The translations under genes were made by a program, and so were the position numbers. A model generated the notes under the pieces. That model had not been told where the DNA came from. It searched no databases and saw only the letters and a program-made list of their open reading frames with translations. A stretch of DNA of 37,407 nt from contig JBBQEB010000015.1 of assembly GCA_038320275.1 (NCBI GenBank), positions 1 through 37,407 of the forward strand, given 5' to 3'. The DNA is from Myxococcales bacterium (GTDB lineage: Bacteria > Myxococcota > Myxococcia > Myxococcales > Anaeromyxobacteraceae). Shown in pieces: positions 1 to 10,002 of this stretch (position 1 is the first letter of the stretch; every line of letters starts with the position of its first letter).

Positions 1-219
1 GGCCCGGTAGGCGACCCCGCCCAGCACGAGAGTGGGAGCGGCGGCTGCGAGACCGAGGGCGATCCCGGCCCAGCGCGAGATGGGCAGCCGCAGCGGGGCG
101 ATGAAGCCGAGGGCGGCTCCCGCCAGCGCCGCGCCGAGGTATACCGCCGGGGGGGGCACCCGGACCCGGGCTCCGCCGAATGTGTTGGAGGCGAGCGCGG
201 AGGATGTCGCCGGTGTCAT
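1..219 (-). CDS. Isoprenylcysteine carboxyl methyltransferase / PEMT-like membrane protein (partial, runs off the left edge)
   Basis: Manual translation from the ATG at 219: MTPATSSALASNTFGGARVRVPPPAVYLGAALAGAALGFIAPLRLPISRWAGIALGLAAAAPTLVLGGVAYRA. The frame is open to position 1. A PPPxxY motif followed by two hydrophobic helices is typical of this family's N-terminus. Not in the ORF track because it is truncated. Confidence 0.6.
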   Translation of the reverse strand, partial: MTPATSSALASNTFGGARVRVPPPAVYLGAALAGAALGFIAPLRLPISRWAGIALGLAAAAPTLVLGGVAYRA

Positions 220-367
220 GCCTTTGCGCGTACCGGGCCGGGGCGGCGAATGCACGGGCTTCTGGAGCTCTTCGCTCGGGGAGCGGGGTCCGCCCGGAAG
301 CTCCCGGAGCCCTGGGCGCGGCGCCGGCGGGGCGGGATGACCAGCTTGGTCGGGAATGGGAACGACC

Positions 368-856
368 ATGGACACCGCCGGGCGCCCGGACGACCGCCGC
401 ATCGTGACTCTGCTCACCGTACTGGTGGCGCTGCTCGGGGCGCTCGTCCTCGCCCTCGCGCTGGGTGGAGTGACCGCCTGGCGAGAGTACGCACGTATGC
501 GGAGCGTCGTCTCCGGCTCCGGGGGAGGGGACGGGGCGGCGGGTGTTCTCGCCGACGTTTCCCGCAAGCAGAAGGCCGCAGCGGGCGAGCTCGCCTCCAT
601 GACGCGGGACTACACCCGTCAGATCGCCCAGCTCGAGCGACGCATCGAGGGCTTGCGGGCCCAGACCGGTGGACCCATCGACAGCGCCAATCGCGTGATC
701 GAGCTGACCCAGCTCATGGCCGACGAGATGATGCTCCAGCTCAAGCTGATGGCTTCCCTGGACGGCGCCGTCGAGAAGCTCATCCGCCCGCTCCCCGTGC
801 AGCGCGAGCTCCTCGCCCCGAAGGACAAGCGGGAGGGCGCACCCGAGGCGCGGTGA
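368..856 (+). CDS. Hypothetical membrane-anchored coiled-coil protein
   Basis: ORF 356..856 (alternative ATG at 356). One strong N-terminal TM helix (IVTLLTVLVALLGALVLALALGGVTAW) followed by heptad-like helical sequence. High-GC3 codon usage. Confidence 0.7.
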   Translation: MDTAGRPDDRRIVTLLTVLVALLGALVLALALGGVTAWREYARMRSVVSGSGGGDGAAGVLADVSRKQKAAAGELASMTRDYTRQIAQLERRIEGLRAQTGGPIDSANRVIELTQLMADEMMLQLKLMASLDGAVEKLIRPLPVQRELLAPKDKREGAPEAR

Positions 857-1005
857 CGAGCACCCGAACACCGTCCAACAGCCGGCGAGTGGATGCCCGT
901 AGCGAAGCCGCGGAAGCGCGGGCTCCTCTCCCGCCCTGCAGCTCGCCGCGGGAGCCCGAGCAAAGGCGGCTCGCTCGCGCGGACCGACGCAGAGCGATTG
1001 ATATA

Positions 1006-1839
1006 TCAGGGCTTCGCCGCCTCGATCGTCCTCGGCCCCGCGCCAGTGGCTCCCCTGCGCTTCGTCGCGACGAGGGTGTCGGGCCGCAGCGCGCCGAAGG
1101 TGAAGAGGGTGAGGGCGAGCGAGGCGATGCGCGAGCCCACCCGCCGCACCTCACAACCTGCCTCCGAGAGCACCCGGGCGTACTGCGCGCCGTGGCGGAT
1201 GTCGTCGAGGACGGCGCATCCGCCAGGGCGGAGCACGCGCGCGATCTCGCGCAGCGCGCCCGCGCGCTCACGGGCGTCGTACACGTTGTGGATCGCGGTG
1301 CAGGAGACCACCACGTCGAACGACGCGTCCTCGAACGGCAGCTTTCGCATGTCGGCGGTCCGGACCTCCACGCGGCCGGCGACGCCCTCCCGGCGCGCGT
1401 TCTCCAGGGTGGACTCGGGCCGGTTGCCGGAGAGGTCCTCCGCCTGCCAGATGTCGACGCCGGTGGCCCTCCCGGTGGTCAGCCTGCGCGCGGCGCCGAC
1501 CAGCATGAGCCCCCTGCCGCATCCCACGTCGAGCACCTGCTCGGCGCCGGTCCAGGCGATGCGGTCGAGAAGGCGCTCGCGCCCGTGCAGCTTGCCGACC
1601 CGACTGTCCCACCACATCCAGAGGGCCATGCCACCACAAGTGAGGGCCGGCCAGAACACCATCGCGCCGAGCGGGAAGGCGATCCGCGCGCCCCCGAGCT
1701 CGCCTTCGAGCACGCCCGACCAGAGGCCGAGCGCCACGCTCGCCCACACGAGCGCGCAGGCCGCGGACGCCAGCGCCAGGTTCCGGACCACGCCTGGAGC
1801 ATCGATCCCGTAGTCGGGCCGCGCCGCGCCGGAGGACAT
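1006..1839 (-). CDS. Class I SAM-dependent methyltransferase with N-terminal membrane helices
   Basis: VLDVGCGRGL (motif I), ADMRKLPFEDASFDVVVS and LREIARVLRPGG motifs. YGIDAP N-terminus with two hydrophobic segments. Confidence 0.9.
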   Translation of the reverse strand: MSSGAARPDYGIDAPGVVRNLALASAACALVWASVALGLWSGVLEGELGGARIAFPLGAMVFWPALTCGGMALWMWWDSRVGKLHGRERLLDRIAWTGAEQVLDVGCGRGLMLVGAARRLTTGRATGVDIWQAEDLSGNRPESTLENARREGVAGRVEVRTADMRKLPFEDASFDVVVSCTAIHNVYDARERAGALREIARVLRPGGCAVLDDIRHGAQYARVLSEAGCEVRRVGSRIASLALTLFTFGALRPDTLVATKRRGATGAGPRTIEAAKP

Positions 1840-1955
1840 GCCGCGGATCTACTCGCGGCGCGGGTCGCGGGCCGCGGAAGCTCGAGGGCTCCAGCTCCGG
1901 CGAGCGGGCCGAGTGCCGGACGTGCTCCGCGCCTCGGGCCGATTACAGCCCCTCC

Positions 1956-2726
1956 ATGGACCTGGAGCTCGCTGGAAAGGTGGCGCTCGTCACCGGGGGG
2001 AGTCGCGGCATCGGCCGCGCCATCGCGCTCGAGCTGGCGCGGGAGGGGGCGCGGGTGGCCATCGCGGCGCGGGGTGAGGAGTCGCTCGCCGCGACCTCCC
2101 GCGAGCTCGCAGCCGCCGGCCCCGGGCCGCACCTCGCCGTCCCGGCAGACCTGGGCACCGCCGAGGGCGTCGAGGCGCTCATCGCCGGTGCGGTAGAGCG
2201 ACTGGGGGGGGTGGACGTTCTCGTGAACAACGTGGGCGGCTCCGGAGCGCGCACGGTGGCCACCGCCGACGAGGCGGACTTCCGGGCGGTGATGGATCGC
2301 AACCTGGGCCCGGCGCTGCGGGCGAGCCTGCGGGTCCTTCCCGATCTACGCCGCCGTGGGGGCGGCTCCATCATCATGATCACGTCGGTCTGGGGGCGGG
2401 AAGCGGGCGGCGGGCCGTCGTACAACGTCGCCAAGGCGGCGGAGATGAGCCTCGCGAAGGCGCTCGGACGGGAACTGGCGGCAGAGAACATCCGCGTGAA
2501 CAGCATCGCGCCCGGATCGATCCTCTTTCCCGGTGGCGGCTGGGAGCGCCGGCGTGCCGCCGACCCTGAAGGCATCGACGACTTCGTCCGGCGCGAGCTC
2601 CCCGGCGGTCGCTTCGGGCGGCCCGAGGAGGTCGCGAGCGTGGTCGCCTTCCTCGCGTCGCCACGTGCGAGCTGGGTGAATGGCGCCTGCTGGGTGGTGG
2701 ACGGAGGACAGAGCCGCGCCTTCTGA
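1956..2726 (+). CDS. SDR family NAD(P)-dependent oxidoreductase
   Basis: TGGSRGIG Rossmann motif, VLVNNVG, catalytic YNVAK (YxxxK), IRVNSIAPG and C-terminal VVDGG. Confidence 0.95.
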   Translation: MDLELAGKVALVTGGSRGIGRAIALELAREGARVAIAARGEESLAATSRELAAAGPGPHLAVPADLGTAEGVEALIAGAVERLGGVDVLVNNVGGSGARTVATADEADFRAVMDRNLGPALRASLRVLPDLRRRGGGSIIMITSVWGREAGGGPSYNVAKAAEMSLAKALGRELAAENIRVNSIAPGSILFPGGGWERRRAADPEGIDDFVRRELPGGRFGRPEEVASVVAFLASPRASWVNGACWVVDGGQSRAF

Positions 2727-2891
2727 GGTGCGGGGGCGCGGGCAGGAGCTCGCCCGCCGCGATGTCGCGCGCGGGGGTGCGGAGCGGTTCGGTCCGCTCT
2801 CCATCGCGAGCGCTACCTGCGCCCCTGCAGGCCGGAAGGGCGTGCTTAGCTTCAGGCGTGGACTTGTGAGGTCCAGAACTCGAGGGGCGAA

Positions 2892-3302
2892 ATGTCCAGC
2901 GGACGTGAGCAGGATCGAGGCGAAACGACGAATGTCCGCCGCAGCGCGGCCGGGTGGACCCTTTTGGGGGCAGCGACCCTGGTACTCGCGCTCGCGCCCC
3001 TGTCGGGCAGGATCGTGGCCGAGGACCCTTCGGCCGAGAACGAGGCCGACAGCTCCGGCTGTCCGGCGATGCAGAACATGAGCGCGGAGGCTTACGGCGC
3101 CTACGGCGAGGACATGCTCCCGCCGGGTCACCCGCCGGTGGACAGCATGCAGCTCCCGCCCGGGCACCCGCCCATCGCTCGCGGGCTGCCGCCGGGCCAC
3201 CCGCCCGTCTCGACCACCCCGCGGCTTCCCGCCGGGCACCCGCCCGTCGATGGGTCCGAGCAGGGCGGGCAGTTCGCCCCCGGCTTCCTCATGACCTTGT
3301 AG
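2892..3302 (+). CDS. Hypothetical exported protein with four LP(P/A)GHPP(V/I) repeats
   Basis: GAGGGG RBS-like sequence upstream. Hydrophobic signal/TM segment (WTLLGAATLVLALAPL), then an acidic linker and four Pro-His repeats. Confidence 0.7.
   Translation: MSSGREQDRGETTNVRRSAAGWTLLGAATLVLALAPLSGRIVAEDPSAENEADSSGCPAMQNMSAEAYGAYGEDMLPPGHPPVDSMQLPPGHPPIARGLPPGHPPVSTTPRLPAGHPPVDGSEQGGQFAPGFLMTL
3117..3248 (+). repeat. Four intragenic repeats encoding LP(P/A)GHPP(V/I)
   Basis: LPPGHPPV-DSMQ-LPPGHPPI-ARG-LPPGHPPV-STTPR-LPAGHPPV. The DNA units diverge at synonymous sites. Confidence 0.9.
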
Positions 3303-3310
3303 CGCGCAAG

Positions 3311-4975
<1,665 letters not shown>

Positions 4976-5051
4976 GGGGGAGGTGAGGTTACGTCGCACG
5001 CCTTCGCGGCACCCGAAATTCGCCTGGCGCGGCGGCCTGGCGGCAACCACC

Positions 5052-7394
5052 ATGAGCGAACCCCACGCCAGGAGCTTCAACATGATCCGAGCGGACGTCA
5101 TGCAGCAGTTTCCCGACCTCTTCGGCAAGAAGACCGTGAACGGGCGCGAGGTGGACGTGGAGGAGACCATCGCCACGCTCACCCGGGAGGCGCGGCCTGG
5201 CATCGCGGAGGCGCTGGGGGCACGCCGTGCGCTCCTCGCCTCGCCCGAGCCGGTCGCCAAGAAGTACGCCTGGCTCGGCTCCAGCGAGACCTTCGAGGAC
5301 CCGGCGGGCGGACCGAGCCGGACCTTCAAGGAGATCGTGCAGGGGCTCCTCGACAACGCCGCGGGGCGGGAGACCCCGCTGCGCTGGCGGCTCAACGACG
5401 AGGTGCCCATTCCCGAGCACGTCCATCCCTCGCGCAACCCGGGGCTCGAGCTCACCGGTCCCTGGGCGCCGCTCGACATGGCGTTCAACGCGCTCAACAG
5501 CCCGGCCCCGATGAACATGCCGGACTTCGAGGACGCCTCGCCGCCGCACTTCCGGCCGATGGGATCGCCCTCCTCGGAGCCGGTGGGCGTCTTCGCCGCG
5601 CTGCAGAACGCGAAGGAGATCTTCGACGGCAAGTGGAACGACCATCCCTACGAGGTGACGAAGAAGGGCAAGACGCGGGCGTACAGCCTCAAGGCGCCGC
5701 CTGCGAAGTGGCCCACCCGCCTGGCGCGACCGCCCAGCATCCACATCGTGTACGAGCACGTGCAGGTGGACGGCGCGCCCGCGCCGGGGCTCGCAGTGGT
5801 CGCGACGCTGTGGGCGGTCAACAACCTCGACGCGCTTCGCCGCGCCGGCAGCGGCGTCTACTTCTACCTCCCCAAGCTGCAAACCCCGAAGGAGGCGCTC
5901 GTCGTCGAGCGGCTCCTCGCCCGGCTGGAGACCATCCTCGGCGTCCCGGTGGGCACCATCAAGGCGAAGATGCTCTACGAGGAGGGCAACGCCGGCCGCG
6001 CGCTCCCCGCCATCGTCTGGACGCTCCGGCGGCGGCTGCTCGGCACCAACGTCGGGCGCTGGGACTACCTCGGCAGCCTCATCTAGATGTGGAAGGACGA
6101 TCCCAAGGGCGCCTTCCCCGACCCGCAGAGCATCGGCATGGCGACGCCCAACATGATCGCCTACCAGCGCTACAACGCGCTCCTCATGCTGATGGGCGGC
6201 ATGAAGGACGGCGAGCTCTCCAACGCCTCGCCCATCGGCGGCATGGCGGCGGTGATGATCTACCAGGCCGGCGACCCGTACGGCCGCTCCCGCTACAACC
6301 CGCTCGCGCTCCGGGCCATGATCGTCGACAAGCTGCGCGAGCGGCTGCTCGGGCTCGTCTTCATTCCCGACGCGCCGCTCCCCGCCGGCGAGCGCCCCCT
6401 CCTCGCGGACATTCTCGCGCGGAAGGTGAAGGGCCACCTCTATGACTGTTACCGGCAGAGCTGGGTCGCGAGCCCGGAGGCCGAGTACGTCGGCGCCGGC
6501 AACGTCCCGCTCCGCTCCAAGGTGGCCGAGCTGCAGGGGCTGCTGGACGCGCCCCTCGCGACCTCCGACGTGAAGGGGAAGCCGGTGCCCACCGTGGCGA
6601 GCGGCCTCTCGGACGCCGAGCGCGCGCTGCTCCAGTCGCGCGGCCTCCTCGACGCCACCGGCAAGATCACGCCCTTCGTGCTCGCGAGGGAGGTGCTGGA
6701 GTCGCCCGAGAAGTTCCTCACCCAGGAGCTCTGGAACGACATCAACCTGCCGCCCAAGGGCGAGGTCACCATCGAGCACATCCAGCACGCGTTCTACATG
6801 GCGGGGAACTACGGGTTCCAGATCCTGAACGGCAACTTCGCTGCCGCCATCGACGACTACGAGCTGAAGCTCCGGTTCATGAACGACCTCGCCACGTACC
6901 GGATCAACGTGTCCTGGCTGTGGGCGCTCCTGCACCACCGGACGCCCATCACCAAGGACGGCCACCTCCTGCGGCAGGCGCTCACCGAGGACGGGGTCGT
7001 GCTGGGCGCGCAGGCCGAGGAGGTGAAGGCGGGCACGCCGTTCGGCCCCGACCTCTTCGAGAAGGTGTTTCGCTATCACGACGAGTGGACGAACGCCTTC
7101 TTCGCCGAGCAGGACAGGCGCGGCGATCCGGGCCGCTTCGACCGCTCCAAGGCGCCGCTCATCATGGAGCTCTTGCACGAGCAGCTCCTCTCCCCGCGCT
7201 ACGTCCAGCACTCCGCTCGCGTGCTCTTCCTCCTCGCGGAGGCGAAGCCCGAGGAGCGCAAGGGCATCCTGGAGGCGGTCTTCAACCTGGACCGCGCGCA
7301 GGTGGTGGAGCGCGTCGGGAAGGGCTCGCTCCCGGCCGGCGCCCTGGCCGCCCACGACTACGCGCTCGACGAGAGGGAAGCGGCGAAGCGCTGA
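5052..7394 (+). pseudogene. Malate synthase-like protein interrupted by one in-frame amber codon (TAG 6084-6086). Could be a nonsense mutant, a sequencing error, a split gene or a readthrough gene
   Basis: ORFs 5052..6086 and 6087..7394 are in the same frame and abut. Malate synthase A-like motifs span both halves: ELTGP, MPDFEDA, YFYLPKLQ, KMLYEE, NVGRWDY, then *MWKDDPKGAFPD, PIGGMAA and FMNDLATYRINVSWLW. Confidence 0.8.
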
Positions 7395-7409
7395 GGAATT
7401 TACGCCGAA

Positions 7410-7448
7410 GGCCCGCCCGCGCTGCCCCTGGGGGTGCGCGGGTGGGCC
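7410..7448. terminator. Long GC-rich hairpin between convergent genes (probable terminator or mRNA-end structure)
   Basis: GGCCCGCCCGCGC...GCGCGGGTGGGCC gives a 13-bp stem with one G-U pair, plus an inner CCCC/GGGG. It starts 16 nt after the malate synthase stop. No U-tract. Confidence 0.5.
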
Positions 7449-7518
7449 GGCAAGACGGCAGGGGCGGGATCCGGAGGGGCGCGCCGGAGGGCGCGAAGCA
7501 GGGAGAGCGCGGAGGGGC

Positions 7519-8616
7519 CTACTGCACCACGAGGGTGCCCTGCTTCATGCCCGCCCCGGCGTCGCCCGCGTGGAACTTGAACTTCACCCGGGCGGTCATG
7601 CCGTTCAGGGTGACCTCCTCCACGTAGTCGTAGTCGCCCGGCGGAAGCGGCATGGTGATGCCGTCGCGCCGAGAGGTGGTGAGCTCGCGGCTGATCTGCG
7701 AGAAGAGGGTCGAGACCTTGCTCGGATCCGGGTTCGAGACGAAGCGGCCGCGGCCCGCCGTCGCGATGGCTGAGAGGTCGGTGCCCTTGATGACGTTCCC
7801 GAGCCCGATGACGTGCACCCGGAGCGCCGGGAACGCCTTGATCTTGGCGGTCAGCTCGGAAAGCGTCATGGGCGTCGTGCCGCCACAGCTCACGCCGTTG
7901 CCACCCACCGCATAAGAGGGCACCGACGAGTCGTCGTGCCAGCTGTAGTTGTCGTCGCCGTCGGTGAACACGATCATGGAGAAGTGGTCGGTGGTGGACG
8001 GCGCCGGGATGGCGTCGTAGAGCGCCTTCATCCGATCCACCATGCGGGCGGTCGCGGCGTAGAGCTTGGTGGAGTCACCGGGCTTGGGCGCCGGGATATC
8101 GATGGAGGCGAGCCCGTTCGAGACCGGCACCGCCGGCGAGCACACCACCTGATCCTGGAACCAGCTCACCAGCGCGCCGAATGTGCCAGCGTTGCCGGTG
8201 GCGAACGACTTGCGGACCGTCTCCTCGGTGTCGAGCGCCGCCTTCTTCATGGGCTCGAAGGCCGGGGGCGACCACTGCGTCATCGAGTAGCTCGCGTCGA
8301 GCACCATGCCCAGCCGGAGGTTGGAGGCGAGGGTGGTGTCGAGGAAGTTGGGCACCGACTCCACGTCCGCGGCCTTGCCGTTCACCAGCCGCTGGAGCTT
8401 GGTGGTGGCCGGGTCGACCGAGGCGCCCTGGGCGTCGCGCAGGAGGAAGTCGAGCAGCACCGTCGTCTTGCCGCTCGCCGCGTCATAGGTGATCGCCGGA
8501 TCGCTCTGCAGCTCCACCTGCGCCACCGAGCGCGCCACGATGTAGTCGGACGGGCCGCTGCCACAGCCGAGGAGTGTCGACGCGATCCCCGCGCCCAAGG
8601 TCAACGACCGCATCAT
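7519..8616 (-). CDS. von Willebrand factor A (VWA) domain lipoprotein
   Basis: Lipobox LLGC after a hydrophobic signal (MMRSLTLGAGIASTLLGC). MIDAS DxSxS (VLDASYSM), VFTDG and VHVIGLG. Start could be 8637, 8616 or 8613. Confidence 0.85.
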   Translation of the reverse strand: MMRSLTLGAGIASTLLGCGSGPSDYIVARSVAQVELQSDPAITYDAASGKTTVLLDFLLRDAQGASVDPATTKLQRLVNGKAADVESVPNFLDTTLASNLRLGMVLDASYSMTQWSPPAFEPMKKAALDTEETVRKSFATGNAGTFGALVSWFQDQVVCSPAVPVSNGLASIDIPAPKPGDSTKLYAATARMVDRMKALYDAIPAPSTTDHFSMIVFTDGDDNYSWHDDSSVPSYAVGGNGVSCGGTTPMTLSELTAKIKAFPALRVHVIGLGNVIKGTDLSAIATAGRGRFVSNPDPSKVSTLFSQISRELTTSRRDGITMPLPPGDYDYVEEVTLNGMTARVKFKFHAGDAGAGMKQGTLVVQ

Positions 8617-8849
8617 CCCGGAAGCTCGTGCCAGCATGCCAAGGGTCGTAGCACGCGGGTCGCGGGGGTAAAGAAAACGGATTTCGGGTGATACCGTCCA
8701 GGGGCGTGACGCGCCGGCCGGGGATGCGCCCGGTGAACGGGGTGAGCGGATTTTAACCCTCTGCCAGCGGGATGTGGCAGTCTGCCGCGCCCGTCCGTTA
8801 GGACCCCCGCTCCATTTCGGGCCGCCTCGCCGGCGGCGTCAGGTAGCCC

Positions 8850-9986
8850 ATGAAGACGAGATCCAAGGTTTGGCTGTTGGCCATCGCCGCGCTGCTGCTG
8901 GTGATTGTCGCGCTGGTGGGCACCAAGGCGGCCCAGATCGGCTCCATGATCAAGGCGGGCAAGGCATTCGTGCCCCCTCCCGAGTCCGTGACCTCCGCAA
9001 AGGTGACCGCAGCCGAGTGGGAGGGGACGCGCAGCGCCGTCGGCACCCTCGTCGCCTCGCGCGGTGTGACGGTGGGCGCAGAGCTGCCCGGCGCCATCCG
9101 CGAGGTGTCGTTCGACTCGGGCGCGTCGGTCCGCCGGGGAAGCGTCCTCGTGAGGCTCGACACCTCGGCCGAGGAGGCGCAGCTCGCGGCCTCGCGCGCC
9201 GACGCGAGCCTGGCGCGGCTCAGCCTCGCCCGCGCGAGGAGCCTGCGTGCGCAGGGAGCCAACACCCCCGCCGATCTGGAGGCGGGAGTGGCGCGCGCGC
9301 AGTCCACCGCGGCGGCCGTGGCCGTGCTGCAAGCGAGCATCGCCAAGAAGGTCATCCGGGCGCCCTTCGATGGCCGGGTGGCCATCCGCCAGGTGGAGCT
9401 GGGACAGGTGGTGTCCCCGGGCACGCCCATCGCCTCCGTGCAGGCGGTGAGCCCCATCTTCGCGGAGTTCTGGCTTCCGCAGCAGGCGCTGGCCAATCTG
9501 GCATCGGGACAGCGCGCCAGGCTGAGCACCGACACCTTCCCGGGCGCGACCTGGGAGGGCGTCATCAGCACGGTGAACCCGGAGGTCGATCCGGCCACCC
9601 GCAACGTGCGCGTCCGCGCCACCTTCGAGAACCCCGACGGCAGGCTCCGGCCCGGTATGTTCGTCAACGTCGACCTCATCTCCGACGCGAAGAAGAGCGT
9701 GCTCGTGGTTCCGGCCACGTCCGTGCTGTTCGCGCCTTACGGCGACTCGATCTTCACCATCGAGCCAGGGAAGGACGCGGCAGGGAAGGATGCCAAGATC
9801 GTGCGCCAGCGCTTCGTCCGGCTCGGCGAGCGGCGCGGCGACTTCGTCGCGGTCACGTCCGGCCTGAAGGCGGGCGAGACCATCGTGAAGGACGGCGCGT
9901 TCAAGGTTCGCAACGGCGGGACGGTGGTGGTGAACGACGCCCTCTCGCCCAAGGCCGAGCTCGCCCCCACCCCGTCGGACAAGTGA
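8850..9986 (+). CDS. RND efflux periplasmic adaptor (membrane fusion protein)
   Basis: N-terminal TM anchor, lipoyl-like halves (VSFDSGASVRRGSVLVRLD, IRAPFDG), VDPATRNVRVRATFENPDGRLRPGMF. Lies directly upstream of the RND permease. Confidence 0.95.
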   Translation: MKTRSKVWLLAIAALLLVIVALVGTKAAQIGSMIKAGKAFVPPPESVTSAKVTAAEWEGTRSAVGTLVASRGVTVGAELPGAIREVSFDSGASVRRGSVLVRLDTSAEEAQLAASRADASLARLSLARARSLRAQGANTPADLEAGVARAQSTAAAVAVLQASIAKKVIRAPFDGRVAIRQVELGQVVSPGTPIASVQAVSPIFAEFWLPQQALANLASGQRARLSTDTFPGATWEGVISTVNPEVDPATRNVRVRATFENPDGRLRPGMFVNVDLISDAKKSVLVVPATSVLFAPYGDSIFTIEPGKDAAGKDAKIVRQRFVRLGERRGDFVAVTSGLKAGETIVKDGAFKVRNGGTVVVNDALSPKAELAPTPSDK

Positions 9987-10002
9987 ACGCTGGAGACGCC
10001 CC

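Noticed and set aside
999..1008. AT-rich palindrome TGATATATCA
   Set aside because: It overlaps a stop codon between convergent genes, not a promoter region, and the spacing does not fit the FNR consensus TTGAT-N4-ATCAA.
2859..2875. Inverted repeat TGGAC-N7-GTCCA upstream of the LPPGHPP gene
   Set aside because: Only 5-bp arms, a single occurrence and no recognisable regulator consensus. Too weak to call.
4976..5632. N-terminal extension of the ettA ORF in the track (773 aa)
   Set aside because: EttA homology begins at the ATG at 4975. The extension is the antisense of the malate-synthase-like gene.
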